Source of the DNA: Corallochytrium limacisporum Hawaii
Lineage: Eukaryota; Protista; Pluriformea
Length of the DNA: 64,000 nt
Reading direction: 5' to 3'
Assembly (NCBI GenBank): GCA_002811645.1
Contig: PDIP01000082.1
Location: 73,305 to 137,304, forward strand
Below, one piece after another: positions 13,032 to 25,100 of the stretch. The notes below the pieces were generated by a model, which saw only the letters and a program-made list of their open reading frames with translations, was not told the origin of the DNA and ran no database searches. Both the position numbers and the translations under genes were made by a program. Within the stretch, counting starts at the first letter, position 1, and every line of letters starts with the position of its first letter.

Positions 13032-15176
13032 TCACAGTCTAGACCGCTGGCCAGCGGGGCGCAATAGCGTACCTTTCGTGATCGGCAGCAAAGTTTCTTC
13101 GTACGTCGGCAATGGGTCCATGCGATTAAGTGGTTCGTACCTCATTGCCAGATCGTACAGGTTCTGGTACGGTGCTCCGTGGTACTTACCAATAGCAGTA
13201 GCCAACAGACGGTCACTGAACATATAACCATCCATGAGAGTGATCACATTCTTGCGCAACACATCCAGGTTGTCATTCATATGGCGACGAATGTACCGGG
13301 CACTGCCATTAGAGCACGCACCGGTTTGGATGAACTCGCCAATGTCACGTTCCGTCATGAACATCACATAGTTGTCACGCATGACACCCATGATTTCGTG
13401 ACTTTCCTTGCTGTTGTGCTCGCGCACATCATCGACACCATAGCCGAACGCGCGCAGAATGTACAGAGCGCAATGCGCATGAGAAACACGCACTGCATCC
13501 CACTGCAAACGAACAAAAGCATCTCCAGGGTGGAACTTCTCCACACGCGTCAAACGGTTCAATTCTTCCGCCATGTTGAACAGCAGGCCAGCAGCACGCA
13601 CTTCAAATGCCTTCAATTGCTTCTTCACATCCAAGACATCGTTCTCGGCAGACATCACACGGGATTTGCCGCTGGACGATTCCTGGAAATACTCCGCAAT
13701 GTAGCGTAGATCTTCCGGGAAGTCCTCGGCCTTGTCTCCCATGGCAGCACGCTGCGCAAACTTCAGCAGGTAGCGTGTGGTTTGCAGTGGCAGCAGGTAC
13801 GCTTCGCCCTCACCAGTCACATTGATCTGGTAATTGCCAAACTTCTGAGGTAAGCCAGACGTCAGCAAATATCCGGCACCTCCACAGCATTCGCGGACAC
13901 CATTGAGGCCTTCACTGGCCAGCAAGGTCGACAGAGACTTCAGACCACAGCTCACACTGTGTATGTACTGCATGCGCCCAGTCTTGCCCTGCTCAAGATC
14001 AGCAGCAAGTTGGTTGTATTCGAGCAACATCCGCTTACCTGTAAACAGCAAAGCATAGCTCATTGCGGCCCAGGGCAGAATGCGCATCTGAGTCGTCTTG
14101 TAGTCCAGAACAGCGCGCTCAGGGCGGCTGACATCGTCTTGGACGTAGCCCTGCAGACGTACGGCACAGTAACGGCTGGCAATGGTTACACTCTTAGCCA
14201 GAGCCATGCCCGACGTGCCAACCATCAGACCACGAATGTAGATCATAGAGGCGTATGCGGTCTTGCTGTTTTCATTGGACTTGTAGGTGCCTCTGCGGTC
14301 CATCTGCTGGAAACGCATCAACATATTTCGGCGAGGAATACGGACACGATCAAATGTCAGGCATGCATTGTCCACAGTGTTGGTGCCAACCTTAGGTCCA
14401 ATGTCGATGGTAGTCACACCAGGCATCAGGTGATGATCCTCGCAGCTGCGGATCTGAACGATGAATGGGAGGACGCCGTGTTGAGTTTCGGCGCCAGAGG
14501 CCTTGTCCTTCGTCACCAGCTGCGCCATCACGATAGCATGGTTGCAAACCTTGCCCATGCCTCCGGGCCAGAACTTCGCTGCCTCCAAGTCGGGAGTGTG
14601 GATCTCGAACTCGTCATCTTCTGGGATGAAAGTTGCAGTTGTGCGCAGGCCACGCACATTGCTGCCATGAGACAACTCAGTCTGTGCATAGCAACCCACA
14701 ACTTGGTATGATTCAATCAGAGGCTTCCAGTAAGCTACCTGGTCAGCATCACCCTGTTGCAGGACAGTGGGTGCAAACATAACCTCGTGGATGGTGATAC
14801 CAAAGGTCTCATCAATCTGTGTGTTTAGGTATCCACGTTCAGCAGCGTCGAAATTGTACAACTTGAGGAGCTGCTGGGCTCGCAGAGCACGCCGGTGACT
14901 GAGATAAACCCTCTCCTCCCGGCTCAAGAAGCAATCTTCGTCAGTGTTGAAGATGGGATCGTTGTCGACCAGCGTGCGCATACGCATCATCTGGTCTACG
15001 GATTCTTGGCTGCCGTAGACCACGCGAGCTAGATCAGCCTCCGAGACTTTGGCACCGCGACGCTCAGCGCTCAAGATCTCATAGGAGTCTCGAGCAGCAG
15101 GGCCATCGGTGCTGCTGTCCACCCATACCTTGACCATGGGGGCCCTTTGCAGTTTTCCTTCGTTTGCATTCACCAT
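13032..15176 (-). CDS. ACOX1: Peroxisomal acyl-CoA oxidase, PTS1 -SRL
   Basis: GCYAQTELSHGSNVRGLRTTATF, KFWPGGMG, DIGPKVG, RECCGGAGY, TGEGEAYLL; ends QRSRL. Start set at atcATG 15176, downstream of a TATA-like box; 15137 and 15323 are alternative ATGs. Confidence 0.93.
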   Translation of the reverse strand: MVNANEGKLQRAPMVKVWVDSSTDGPAARDSYEILSAERRGAKVSEADLARVVYGSQESVDQMMRMRTLVDNDPIFNTDEDCFLSREERVYLSHRRALRAQQLLKLYNFDAAERGYLNTQIDETFGITIHEVMFAPTVLQQGDADQVAYWKPLIESYQVVGCYAQTELSHGSNVRGLRTTATFIPEDDEFEIHTPDLEAAKFWPGGMGKVCNHAIVMAQLVTKDKASGAETQHGVLPFIVQIRSCEDHHLMPGVTTIDIGPKVGTNTVDNACLTFDRVRIPRRNMLMRFQQMDRRGTYKSNENSKTAYASMIYIRGLMVGTSGMALAKSVTIASRYCAVRLQGYVQDDVSRPERAVLDYKTTQMRILPWAAMSYALLFTGKRMLLEYNQLAADLEQGKTGRMQYIHSVSCGLKSLSTLLASEGLNGVRECCGGAGYLLTSGLPQKFGNYQINVTGEGEAYLLPLQTTRYLLKFAQRAAMGDKAEDFPEDLRYIAEYFQESSSGKSRVMSAENDVLDVKKQLKAFEVRAAGLLFNMAEELNRLTRVEKFHPGDAFVRLQWDAVRVSHAHCALYILRAFGYGVDDVREHNSKESHEIMGVMRDNYVMFMTERDIGEFIQTGACSNGSARYIRRHMNDNLDVLRKNVITLMDGYMFSDRLLATAIGKYHGAPYQNLYDLAMRYEPLNRMDPLPTYEETLLPITKGTLLRPAGQRSRL

Positions 15177-15272
15177 GATTGCGTGTTGTCGCGCTTGTTT
15201 AATTGTCAGACACTTACCACAATCGTTAGTGGTGATCCGGGCATAACCTATTTCGGTGCTGACTACTCCCGG

Positions 15273-15280
15273 TTTATATA
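15273..15280 (-). promoter_or_regulatory. Putative TATA box of ACOX
   Basis: TATATAAA on the minus strand about 100 bp upstream of ATG 15176. Confidence 0.4.
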
Positions 15281-17552
15281 GTTTATGCGAGGCTGAAACC
15301 TTTGGGAACGCTACGGTGTACATTAGTTCGTCGGGACTCAGACAATCACCACACAATTGGTCAGCCACACCCTTCTCCTTGACCTCCCCAAACGACGGTT
15401 ACGACGGATTCTGCGAGCCCCTGAACCCTCTGTGTCCAACATCTACCTATCTTCTGAGGAGTTTCTCTTCCCCAACAGCCTCATCACCCTTTCATTTCCT
15501 TGGAGAGCTCGGGGGTTCCGCACCAATGGAAACTATTTTCGCCTTGTGGCACAACGGCCGCCCCCACTAAATATAGATATATACCGTCTGTGCCGTACCT
15601 CTTTGTCTCGTATCAAACCAGTTACACTGACCGGGACGATCACCTGAGCTAAAACTAGGAAGTTTGAAAGAGCGGTACGAGGAAACGGGATAGTTAGTGG
15701 AGTGGACGTATTGTGTGCTCTGGGTGGCTTATCGCCTTGTTGACGTACTCTCATCCACATCCCACACTTAACCAAGCCTTCATAGGGGTCGAGGGACCGT
15801 CGTACCTAGCTAGGAGTGTAATCTGTAGTTCAGCAGAAAGCTCTGTTGCAGTGGCACGTAGACAGTCCTTTAAAGGGTCGGACATCCATCAACGGGGGCG
15901 CCGTCCTGCAAGGGTCTGGTAGCCAAGGCGGAGCCTTATACTTTCCCGCCGTAGTAGAATTCCACACCTCTTTCTTTGTCTAACCTCCGCACGGGGTAAA
16001 TCTATTTTTAGTAAAACTGTCTAATTCAATTTAATAGAAAGAAAGGGTATCAGCTTATATCTCCTCAGGGAGACAGCGCAGGGGGAGACACCCGCGGCGG
16101 TGGCTTTTTGGGGGAGGGGGGGAATTGAGTCTTTAACTATCCGTCGCTCCCCCACACCTTCACTTCTGCCTCTGTAACCCGCGATTGTTAAGTCACTGGG
16201 AGAGAAACCGCTCCCTTGTTCCTCACAGCTGATATCCGGCTCCGCTGCCAGCCCTCGGGGAACAACTGGAGCCCGACTTGTCGTGGTCGCCTCGCGGATC
16301 GGCCGGATGGCGGCCCCTGTACCGGCCCGTCAAGTAAGGTAGTATTGGTCGTTTGACATGGCAATCCGCTCTGAGGCGGCGACAGTTCGTGGGGTCACGC
16401 TACACGGACGCAGACACCCTGTAGGCGACACCTTAGCTCAGGCATCGAATGGGGATCCAATTTCAACAAGCTGCACAGCAAGTTGTGACACCGTGCGTCA
16501 ATTGGCCTACAAACATCCAGAAATCGCAGAATTGTTTGGCGTTATTTGTGCGCATGTAATGCTGCAACTGCTACACGTCAAATCCGTGCCTCCAGTAGTA
16601 TTTCCCGAGCGCTTGATCCATCACAGCGGTGAGTATCTTAGCACTTGGCCTCTCGTTCTTGCTAGCCTTGCATATCTGCTGTTTTTGTAATCAGGACCGG
16701 GGTGCTGTGCGCAGTGGCGGATGCGCTCGTTTTGTCATTTGCCCGATCCACAATATGAATTTTCTTCTGCATGATTAATTGACTCATCCTCGTGAATTGC
16801 TGTTCTTACGACCGATTCTTCTTCCGCCATGTTTCAATCCCACGTATTTGAAGATTTGTAGGGAAGAGCAAATGACGAAGGTCCCTGGGAGTAGCATGTT
16901 ACGCGTACAGAAATACATCCACGCCCCCAACCGCAATTGTACCGAATCCGGCAGCCAGCGACCGACACGAAGCGTTTTCCTAAAACCCGCCCTCCCTGTT
17001 CGCTATTGTTTTAGTATTAGGATGAGGTAAGACCAGCTGGTGCGCCCGGACAGGGTTTCTTGGAAAGTCCTTCAGAGGGGCTGGCCTTTACTTTTTGTGC
17101 TTCCACGGCAAAACCGGTTGAGATGACCTGTACTGACAAAACTAAAGAAATCGTGCGTGGAGCCAGCCGACGGGAGATTTATTGTTGTGGATTGTACCAT
17201 TTCCTTCAGCCTCCTTGTTGGCGCGTGTGTTTTGCGATTTGAAGCGCTTTCACTATAAGCACGGTACGAGACGACTCCATGCAGTATCAACGTCAGCAAT
17301 AGTACTACCCCGACAGCAGAGGCGTCGCGAATCCACCGCTGAGGGCTACCAGGGTTGGCTTGTCCACCCGTGTAGATGTACAACTTCACACACAGGCTCT
17401 AGTCCAGACGAAATCTGTTCTGTTCGCGGATCACAGAAACCCCGTTGGCTTGAATTGAAACCCGGCGGACTATTTGAGAGGGATAATACCCCTGAAGTCT
17501 CGATTACAAGTATTCTTCGTCACAGTCAATTCCAGATTCAAGAGCAATCAAG

Positions 17553-18542
17553 ATGGCTTCCATTTTGCTCCGCACTTCTACGCGCGTCATGCGCCCCACT
17601 GCTGTTCGGGCCATGTCAACCTTCCGCACCCAGCAGCAAAGCAAGGGTACCCGCTTTGCCAAGTACGCCCTGGCTACTGGTGTAGTCGGTGTTACCACAT
17701 TCGGTATTACCCACACTAAGTCCACGACCAATGTGGACTGGGAGGCTGTTCGCAAGGACATCGTTGACATCCTGGAGGACGAGAGCTACGATGATGGCTC
17801 TTATGGTCCTGTCCTTGTCCGTCTGGCCTGGCACGCATCCGGTACCTACGACAAGAAGACCAAGACCGGCGGTTCCGATGGTGCCACTATGCGCTTCCAG
17901 CCAGAAGCTGGCCACGGTGCCAACGCTGGTCTGGAGTTCGCTCGCAAGCGCCTCGAGCCTATTGCAAAGAAGTACCCTGGAATTTCTTATGGCGACCTGT
18001 GGACTTTCGCTAGCAAGGTTGCCATTGAAGAGATGGGTGGCCCCGATATCCCGTGGAGGCCAGGCCGCACGGACAAGCCTGATGGCAGCCACTGCACCCC
18101 CGATGGCCGCCTTCCCGACGGTGCCAAGCGACAGGACCATCTCCGTGACATCTTTTACCGTATGGGATGGACTGATCGTGAAATTGTTTGCCTGGCTGGT
18201 GCCCACGCCCTGGGCCGCTGCCACCCCGATCGCTCAGGCTTCTGGGGACCTTGGACTTTTGCCCCCACCACTTTCTCCAACGAGTACTTCAAGCAACTGA
18301 TCGAGAACAAGTGGACTCCCAAGAAATGGAACGGCCCCCACCAGTACGAGGACCCAACCGGCGCTCTGATGATGCTTCCTGCTGACTTGGCTCTGATTGA
18401 AGACCCTGAGTTCCGCAAGTATGTCGAGATGTACGCCAAGGATGAGGAGCTGTTCTTCAAGGACTTCGCTGACTGCTTCGGCCGTCTGCTCGAGCTCGGG
18501 GTAAAGTTCGAGGCAGCGAAGCCGTGGTACCAATTCTGGTAA
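17553..18542 (+). CDS. CCP1: Mitochondrial cytochrome c peroxidase (class I heme peroxidase)
   Basis: Arg/Ser/Thr-rich presequence plus hydrophobic segment; distal [18 protein letters not shown]; proximal GAHALGRCH; radical-site Trp in GPWT; MMLPADLAL. Confidence 0.95.
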   Translation: MASILLRTSTRVMRPTAVRAMSTFRTQQQSKGTRFAKYALATGVVGVTTFGITHTKSTTNVDWEAVRKDIVDILEDESYDDGSYGPVLVRLAWHASGTYDKKTKTGGSDGATMRFQPEAGHGANAGLEFARKRLEPIAKKYPGISYGDLWTFASKVAIEEMGGPDIPWRPGRTDKPDGSHCTPDGRLPDGAKRQDHLRDIFYRMGWTDREIVCLAGAHALGRCHPDRSGFWGPWTFAPTTFSNEYFKQLIENKWTPKKWNGPHQYEDPTGALMMLPADLALIEDPEFRKYVEMYAKDEELFFKDFADCFGRLLELGVKFEAAKPWYQFW

Positions 18543-19905
18543 TGCTCGGTTTCGGGTTTGAACATGATGGAGACCTTTGACCAAAGTGTGTCTTGAATAC
18601 AGATCTCACTATACAATAGACCAAAGCACCCACCGCGTCGTCGACGATGACCTTCTTTTTGCCTTTACCTATCGGGCAGCCTTTACACGTGTGTGCCTAA
18701 GATAATTTTGCATCTGCGTCGGCATCCCTTTCCACACCAGACTCTTGCCAACTGATCACACCATCGAGAAGCAACACTCTTGTACGGAAACAAGGGAGCC
18801 GACTCTTGCCAGACCTCGCCGGCTTTGCCTGGTCCTCCTCTAGCATGTTTTTCTCCCTTTTCCTTGCGCTTCTCCCGTCACCAATACACTCACTATAGAA
18901 TTACAAATGACAGCCTCTGATTGGCTGAATTCCTTCCAGTCACTGCCCCTGCTCCCGCTACCCTCCCCCCTCCAGCGGCGCGGGAGGTCTGAGCCGAAGA
19001 GGAAACCTTTAAAACCCATCGGGGGTAGTCTGGGGCCGGGGGGGGGTCTCGGGAAGTAACCAAAGAGGTGAGAGGTGCACAGGGAGGCGTACGACTGGAG
19101 GGCCGCCTCGGTTCCATACTAAATGTATGTAATGTTACTAATCGATTCTGCCCCGGATCTATAAACCTTGCGCGATGAGGGAAGGAGCGAGGGCAGAGAA
19201 AAAAATCGCTCTCGACGGCCGGAGTAAGCGCTGTGAGTGGCAGCTGGCTCCGTAGGGACGGATAATGGTGGGCCGGGTTGGTAGACCTGTTACCGTAGCA
19301 AATCCTATAGAAAATATACGGCGGTACCCTCCTTCTAGCGACCGGCCCAATCGATGTGGCCCTGTGGCCTGGCATTTTTCAGTCCTGCGCTCGTGTGTGG
19401 GGCCCCTGGGCAACCCCCGGGGCGGAGAAAGCGAAGGAAGGGAGACGAGGGGAGGGGAGGGCACCGGCCTCGGTGCTTCCGGGCACAACGGTGACGGTCA
19501 GGAGGCCAGAGTCGCTTCCCTTGTTTTATCGATTGAAAAATTTTTGGTGTCCATTCATGTAAATTGGGAACGGGAAGTCAGACAATGTTGTATCACAACC
19601 ATATTCGTCTGATGGTGCTCAATACACAAAGCAAAGGATGTCGGCCATGCCAAACCTATAACAGAGACCAACCAACGGCAGCTACGAGCTGCGTCCGCTA
19701 AGCTGTGAATAACCTGGAAACAATCTGTCCTGCGATAGTAAATTACATTCTAGGCCAGAAATTTTATGCTCTATTTAGGGACATATTGAGAAAAACGTAA
19801 TAGATGTAACAGAAACCATGGCAGCTGGGGTTGCGTGAGATAGAAGGAACGATGTTTGCACATGTGTAGATAGATCCGAGGTTGAAACTTACCTGGTCAG
19901 TCTTG

Positions 19906-22074
19906 ATGACAAACTACTCGTCCAGTCTCATTCGAAAGGCAAAGGCAGTGTTTAGTCCAGGACAAAGCCCAGGTTCTACAACCATGGACAAAACACCGCC
20001 AGCGTCCACGAGAAACACAGTTTCCTCTGTCGGGAAACCACAGACTACATTGCATGATTCCGGGAGCGCACGGAAAGGTCAATTGGCTCGTTTCTCGAGT
20101 ATGACAATGTCACCTCGAGGTGAGGATGGCACGGGACGAAGGCAGATGACAATTTTTAAGCTACCAGATCCTCGGGACGACTTTCGGGCCTTAGCACGGA
20201 GCTTCGCATCCCAGAAGGGTAGACGTGATGGAGAAGGAGGTGGAACGGAGTCAGTCACAGACGATGATGCGACACCCACAGCAGAGCTCAGTGCGGAAGA
20301 GCTTGACCTGAAAACAAACTCAGCAGCAGAGACTTTGTTGGCTCAGCAAACATACTATCAGACACCGCGGTACTACGTTGCCACGAGACATGCAGCCGAG
20401 CTGGTAGATATGCCCGCGCGCGGACGGCGACGCCTCGCTCAATCAACTGAGCTGAAGGACTCGGGTATGAAACGGGATGTTGTCCCGCTGGATCGTAGTA
20501 AAAGTACCAGGGATAGCAGAGGCAGTGGGGGAGTTGATGGTTCACACACCATGAATGTACTGCCGATTGAAATGAGTCACATTCAGCAGACAACCATTGG
20601 AATTGCCAAAACATTGGGATCGCAACAGTCAGTGAAACTATTAGTTGAATTGAGTCGACCGGAGCAAGCATTCAGTACCTCAGTGAACACCATCAACGTG
20701 GAGGAACTACATTTCTTTGATGTTCAGGAGTATGAAGAGCGTCGCTATTTGGCGGTAATTGTGCATAGAGTTCAGGACTCTAGTCTTAACCATGGGGAAA
20801 ACGATTCAGAAACCATAGAGTATCAACGTAGCTCGAAGGTGGTGCGGGAAGAGACAGCGCTGATGGTTGTAGAGGTCAAAGACCGGCATCGCGTCAGCAA
20901 TGCAGTCAATGAGCGGGAGTTTAACAATTCAACGCCAACAAATGATGACGATGATAACCACAATCGCGGAACTCTGACCACAAAGGAGGAACCTCTCGAG
21001 TTCACAGTCATGCGCATGGTCCCTGTACTGAGTGATATGAGAGTGGACATAGTTGGGCATGGAGGCTTCCTTGTCCGCTCTGGTAATTTTCGCCTGCTCT
21101 TTAGGATGCCAAGTGTTCGGGCGATGTGGCAGACTTTGCAGGTCCTGAACAAAGCTAAGCTCAACAGTGAAGCCACCAATCAATACTCCGCTCAGACCAC
21201 GCATGGTTGGATCAAAAGCTATGAGAGTCTTGTTCCCGATCTACAGTCCGTGACGGTTGAGGAAGAGGACGCGCAGAATCTTGCTGAGGATGATGTGCTG
21301 GACATGGATACCGATGAAGCTACAGACACAAGTAGTACCACCAATGCAAGTGAGGTCACTTCGTCGTCTGGCACACCACAGCAACTCATTCGAAAGATGT
21401 CGCTGAGTAAGATCCAGATACAGGAGAAGAATCTATCAGAGAGCTCAGGGCTTTCCGTGAGAGATGTAATGACCGGTCTTCGCATAGTCATGAAGGATAT
21501 GGATTTGGACGAGGTGAGCTGTCGTATGGTACGGGAGGCTCTCGAAGACCACTTTGAGATGGACCTTGTTCCATGGCGGCAATTCATTGAGCAGAAAATG
21601 GTCGTAGTTATGGGTCAATTACTACCTCCATCACAAATCTTTGACTACCTTTGGCTGGGAACGGAATGGAATGCGACCCATCTTGAGGAGTTGCAAGAAC
21701 TCGACATTGACTTTGTTCTCAACATGGCCACAGAACTTGACAATTTCTTCCCTGAGCATTTTACATACTTCAAGGTTGATATTTGGGACGAACCAGAAGC
21801 AGATTTGTACAGCCATCTTGAGAATGTTTGTGATTTCCTGGAAGGCATCAAGGCACAAAACAAGCGGGTTCTTGTGCATTGCCAGCGTGGAATATCCCGT
21901 TCCGGCAGCGCAGTGATAGCATTTGCGATGAAACATTACGGTTGGACGTACGACCGCGCCTTGGCTGAAGTTCGAGGTCAGCGCAACGTGGTGGATCCGA
22001 ACCCTGGGTTTGAACATCAGCTGCGCCAATGGGAGTCTCAACTGGTTGAGCGCGGGATCCTCCGCAACGAATAG
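19906..22074 (+). CDS. SSH: Slingshot-family dual-specificity phosphatase
   Basis: SSH-N-like region (GHGGFLV...LFRMPSVRAMWQTLQVL), DEK_C (MKDMDLDEVSCRMVREALE), PSQIFDYLWLGTEWNA, catalytic VHCQRGISRS. Start is 19906 or the Kozak accATGg at 19984. Confidence 0.9.
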   Translation: MTNYSSSLIRKAKAVFSPGQSPGSTTMDKTPPASTRNTVSSVGKPQTTLHDSGSARKGQLARFSSMTMSPRGEDGTGRRQMTIFKLPDPRDDFRALARSFASQKGRRDGEGGGTESVTDDDATPTAELSAEELDLKTNSAAETLLAQQTYYQTPRYYVATRHAAELVDMPARGRRRLAQSTELKDSGMKRDVVPLDRSKSTRDSRGSGGVDGSHTMNVLPIEMSHIQQTTIGIAKTLGSQQSVKLLVELSRPEQAFSTSVNTINVEELHFFDVQEYEERRYLAVIVHRVQDSSLNHGENDSETIEYQRSSKVVREETALMVVEVKDRHRVSNAVNEREFNNSTPTNDDDDNHNRGTLTTKEEPLEFTVMRMVPVLSDMRVDIVGHGGFLVRSGNFRLLFRMPSVRAMWQTLQVLNKAKLNSEATNQYSAQTTHGWIKSYESLVPDLQSVTVEEEDAQNLAEDDVLDMDTDEATDTSSTTNASEVTSSSGTPQQLIRKMSLSKIQIQEKNLSESSGLSVRDVMTGLRIVMKDMDLDEVSCRMVREALEDHFEMDLVPWRQFIEQKMVVVMGQLLPPSQIFDYLWLGTEWNATHLEELQELDIDFVLNMATELDNFFPEHFTYFKVDIWDEPEADLYSHLENVCDFLEGIKAQNKRVLVHCQRGISRSGSAVIAFAMKHYGWTYDRALAEVRGQRNVVDPNPGFEHQLRQWESQLVERGILRNE

Positions 22075-22145
22075 GTGTAATAATTATGATTATAAGCCGT
22101 GAGCCCGGCATACAATTTCTTTAAGTCACATCTTGGTTAGGCGCG

Positions 22146-25100
22146 CTAGATAAACTCTGCAGCTCGTGCTAGCAAATGGGGATCTTCTACATACTTTGAG
22201 AGTGCAATGGCCTCTCCCAAACCTTTGCGCCTCCTGGTTTTGATTGCAAACTCACGCGCTAGGTGCGGCAGTTCTTGGGGCACCATGGGCTGAAGTTCGA
22301 TGGTATCATCAAGCGGGTCGCCTGGAACAATGTCCCAATGTGAAAAAACAAAGTAGGGCATCACCTGCCCTTTGGTGCTGGTCCGCAGGGATACCTCCAA
22401 GCCAAAGGAGTCCATGACCGGCACAAGGGATTCTAAAATGTGGAAAGGGGTACCGGCCTTTGGATATTCTGCCACTATGCGGCCCCTGCTTTTCGTGATG
22501 GCCTGCTGGAGGAAATCCACGTACTTCTGTGAAGTACATTCCACAGTCACAGCATACCACGGCTCCAGGAGGCGCGGGCTGGCAGTTAGCACTGCAGCGT
22601 GACAGACCTTGCGGGCGGTGGGAATCAGTTGACCAGCACCACGAAGAACAGGCTCTGTGGATAGGCTGGCATCGAAGATCCGGAATTTGACGTTACGCAT
22701 AGGCTCTTCACAAAGTGGTCCTTCTCGGGTGGCCCATCGAAAGCCTTGAACGACACTATCCCTTACTTGGGTCAACAGTTGTGGGTCAGTCTCGTCCGGA
22801 AACGTGTCGTTCAGCAGCACATTTGCACCTGTCTCCGGGGCCGGGCCGAATGCCCACAGCGAACGCGAGGCCAAGACATCCCAATTGTACTTTTGTTCAA
22901 GCAATTGGAGAGTTGTGTTGGTCGTGCGCGGACCCCGCATGAAAGAACTCGGAAGCAGTTCGCCCTCTGCGTCTTCGGCAGCGCGATCAAACGCCAGCAT
23001 ACCGAGAGCAATGTCCGCTGCGAGACCCGGATCCAGTGGCTCTGCAACAATGGTGAGATGATTGCGACGATTTGGGGTCTGCGCATAACATGGGAGTACA
23101 CTCTGATCCTCGATTGACTCTCGGAACGGAGTTGATGGATCTGACACCCGGACTTCGAGCTGTTCTTGCACGGTATTTCCGCCAAATAGGTCGCTGCTGC
23201 GCAACTGTCTACCGTACACCTCACGCAGGTCATGCATCACACAGTCTAGATACAACTCTCCAGTCCCCTTAATAATTTTGAGTCCACTCTCTTCCACCAC
23301 TACTTCCAGAGCCGGATAGACCTTCGTGCAGCAGCGCAGAGCTTCCATCATCAATGGCAGCTCTCGGGGCACAATGGGCTCAGCCGAAATGTGTACAACT
23401 GGTTGTGATGGGAGCACTGGAGCGGACAGAACTGGAAGTGTGGATCCGAGGCTGGACAACGAAGCAAGACCTGTCGCAGATGACTGCAAAATGGTGGCAG
23501 TCTTTTCTACTGGTCCATCGATGCCGGCCACTAAACAAATATTTCCTGCGCCAACCGCCTGCACTGGCACTTTGTACCGACCCCCTGGGAGATAAAGTTT
23601 AGTTATTCTTCGTGTGAAGTGTTCCTCCATGTCTTCCTGACTGAATGCAGACCCCAGAAGATGGACCGTCGAGCCGCTCTTCATAGTACCGCTAAGGATA
23701 CGCACCCAACAAAGCAGGCGCGATGAACTGTCAGTTTCATCCATAGGGTCGCCGATGGCCTTCTCGGGTTGCCCAGATATGTCCAGTGGAGCCATCTTTA
23801 CCACCTGGGCCAGCAGGGGTCCATGTGGATCGCAACGCGGGAGATCATCGACATCATAGACGTCTATCCTTGTGTCGTCTGAGGACCGTACGGTGCGAAG
23901 CATGTTCTCCCAGCGGTGGGCATGCCAGTCTGTTGATGAAGGACAGTGGCCAATTACAAGATCAACGAAACTGACATGTACAGGACCATAGTAGCGAGTG
24001 CATACCTTTCGCAGCAATGGAAGGGTGTTGGCTCCTAAGTCCTTCTTGCTAAGCTTGATACCTACAGAGCGGAGTAGGTCTGAAAGTTCCTTTTCGGCCC
24101 CTTCAATGGTGCGAGCGAAGAGCTTGTACATTGGCTCGAGGACAAACTGGACAAACGTAAGCTTGTTGTCTTTTGTGCTGCCGTCAGCGAGGCGCACAAA
24201 ACCCCCGCGGTCAGAGTCATAGGACCATGCTCCAAAGAGACATCGGCTAATTCTTTTGGCTTCGGCATCAAACTTCACCTTGGGCTCTTCCCCACCGTTG
24301 TCACCATGGGTGTCTTCGTCATTGGCCTTCGGTGACACATCCTGCAGAAGAAGTTCTTCGAACTGAATCAGGAAGTCTGGATCTGACATGTCTGCCGCCG
24401 TTTTAGGTACTAAACGCTTATTCAGTGAACGGCCGTGGCGGTCCTTGTGTCCGTTCTTTGACTTTCCCTGCCTTCCTTTATCATGGCGCGCCTGTCGGCG
24501 ATCGAGTATGAGGCGCTTTGCGACAGTGTACAACGAAAATGTGAAATTCAGTTGACCACAGCATGCAAAAATAACGTTTCCCGACGCCGGCATAAAGTAT
24601 TTCTGTGAGTAGGCAGATCCCCCATTCAGCGCCATGATTTCTGCATTCAATTCTTCAATGACGTGTTGGATCTTTGCATAGCCATCGTTCGGAGGCAAGC
24701 GGAGATCCATGATCAACCGATCCAGCTTGGTAAGGCACAGGGTCATCGGTACACCCGCCCGAACACATTGCTGCATAACCAACCGGGTTCCAACCATTAG
24801 TCCCTCCACTACATCTACCACAAGGACTGCCCCATCGCTCATTCGAAGAGCACACGCAACCTCATCACCAAAGTTCGGATGGCCAGGGGTGTCAAGGATA
24901 TGTAATAGTCGGCTTTTCCTGCCACTGTCCTCTAACACTGTGCTGAACCCGTTTACTTGCAGACTGCAACCACGCCTTTGCTCCGTATACAAAGTATCCG
25001 TCCATTTCAGTTGCATACCTTCCGTAATTTGACAGTGATGTGTCTGCTCTATGAGCAGATCGGCCAGGGATGTCTTGCCGTGGCCTTGATGTCCCACGAG

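Noticed and set aside
15177-15368. N-terminal extension of ACOX in the ORF track
   Set aside because: GTG start, no ACOX similarity, and it contains a TATA-like box
15785-15970. Several short hairpins suggesting an ncRNA
   Set aside because: No match to conserved motifs of RNase P/MRP, SRP, snRNA or tRNA that I can recognise; an Infernal/Rfam scan would settle it
16358-16690. 110-aa ATG ORF between ACOX and CCP1
   Set aside because: No motif and atypical codon usage; cannot be supported without expression data
19887-19896. ACTTACCTGG, like the 5' end of U1 snRNA
   Set aside because: No U1 stem-loops or Sm site follow
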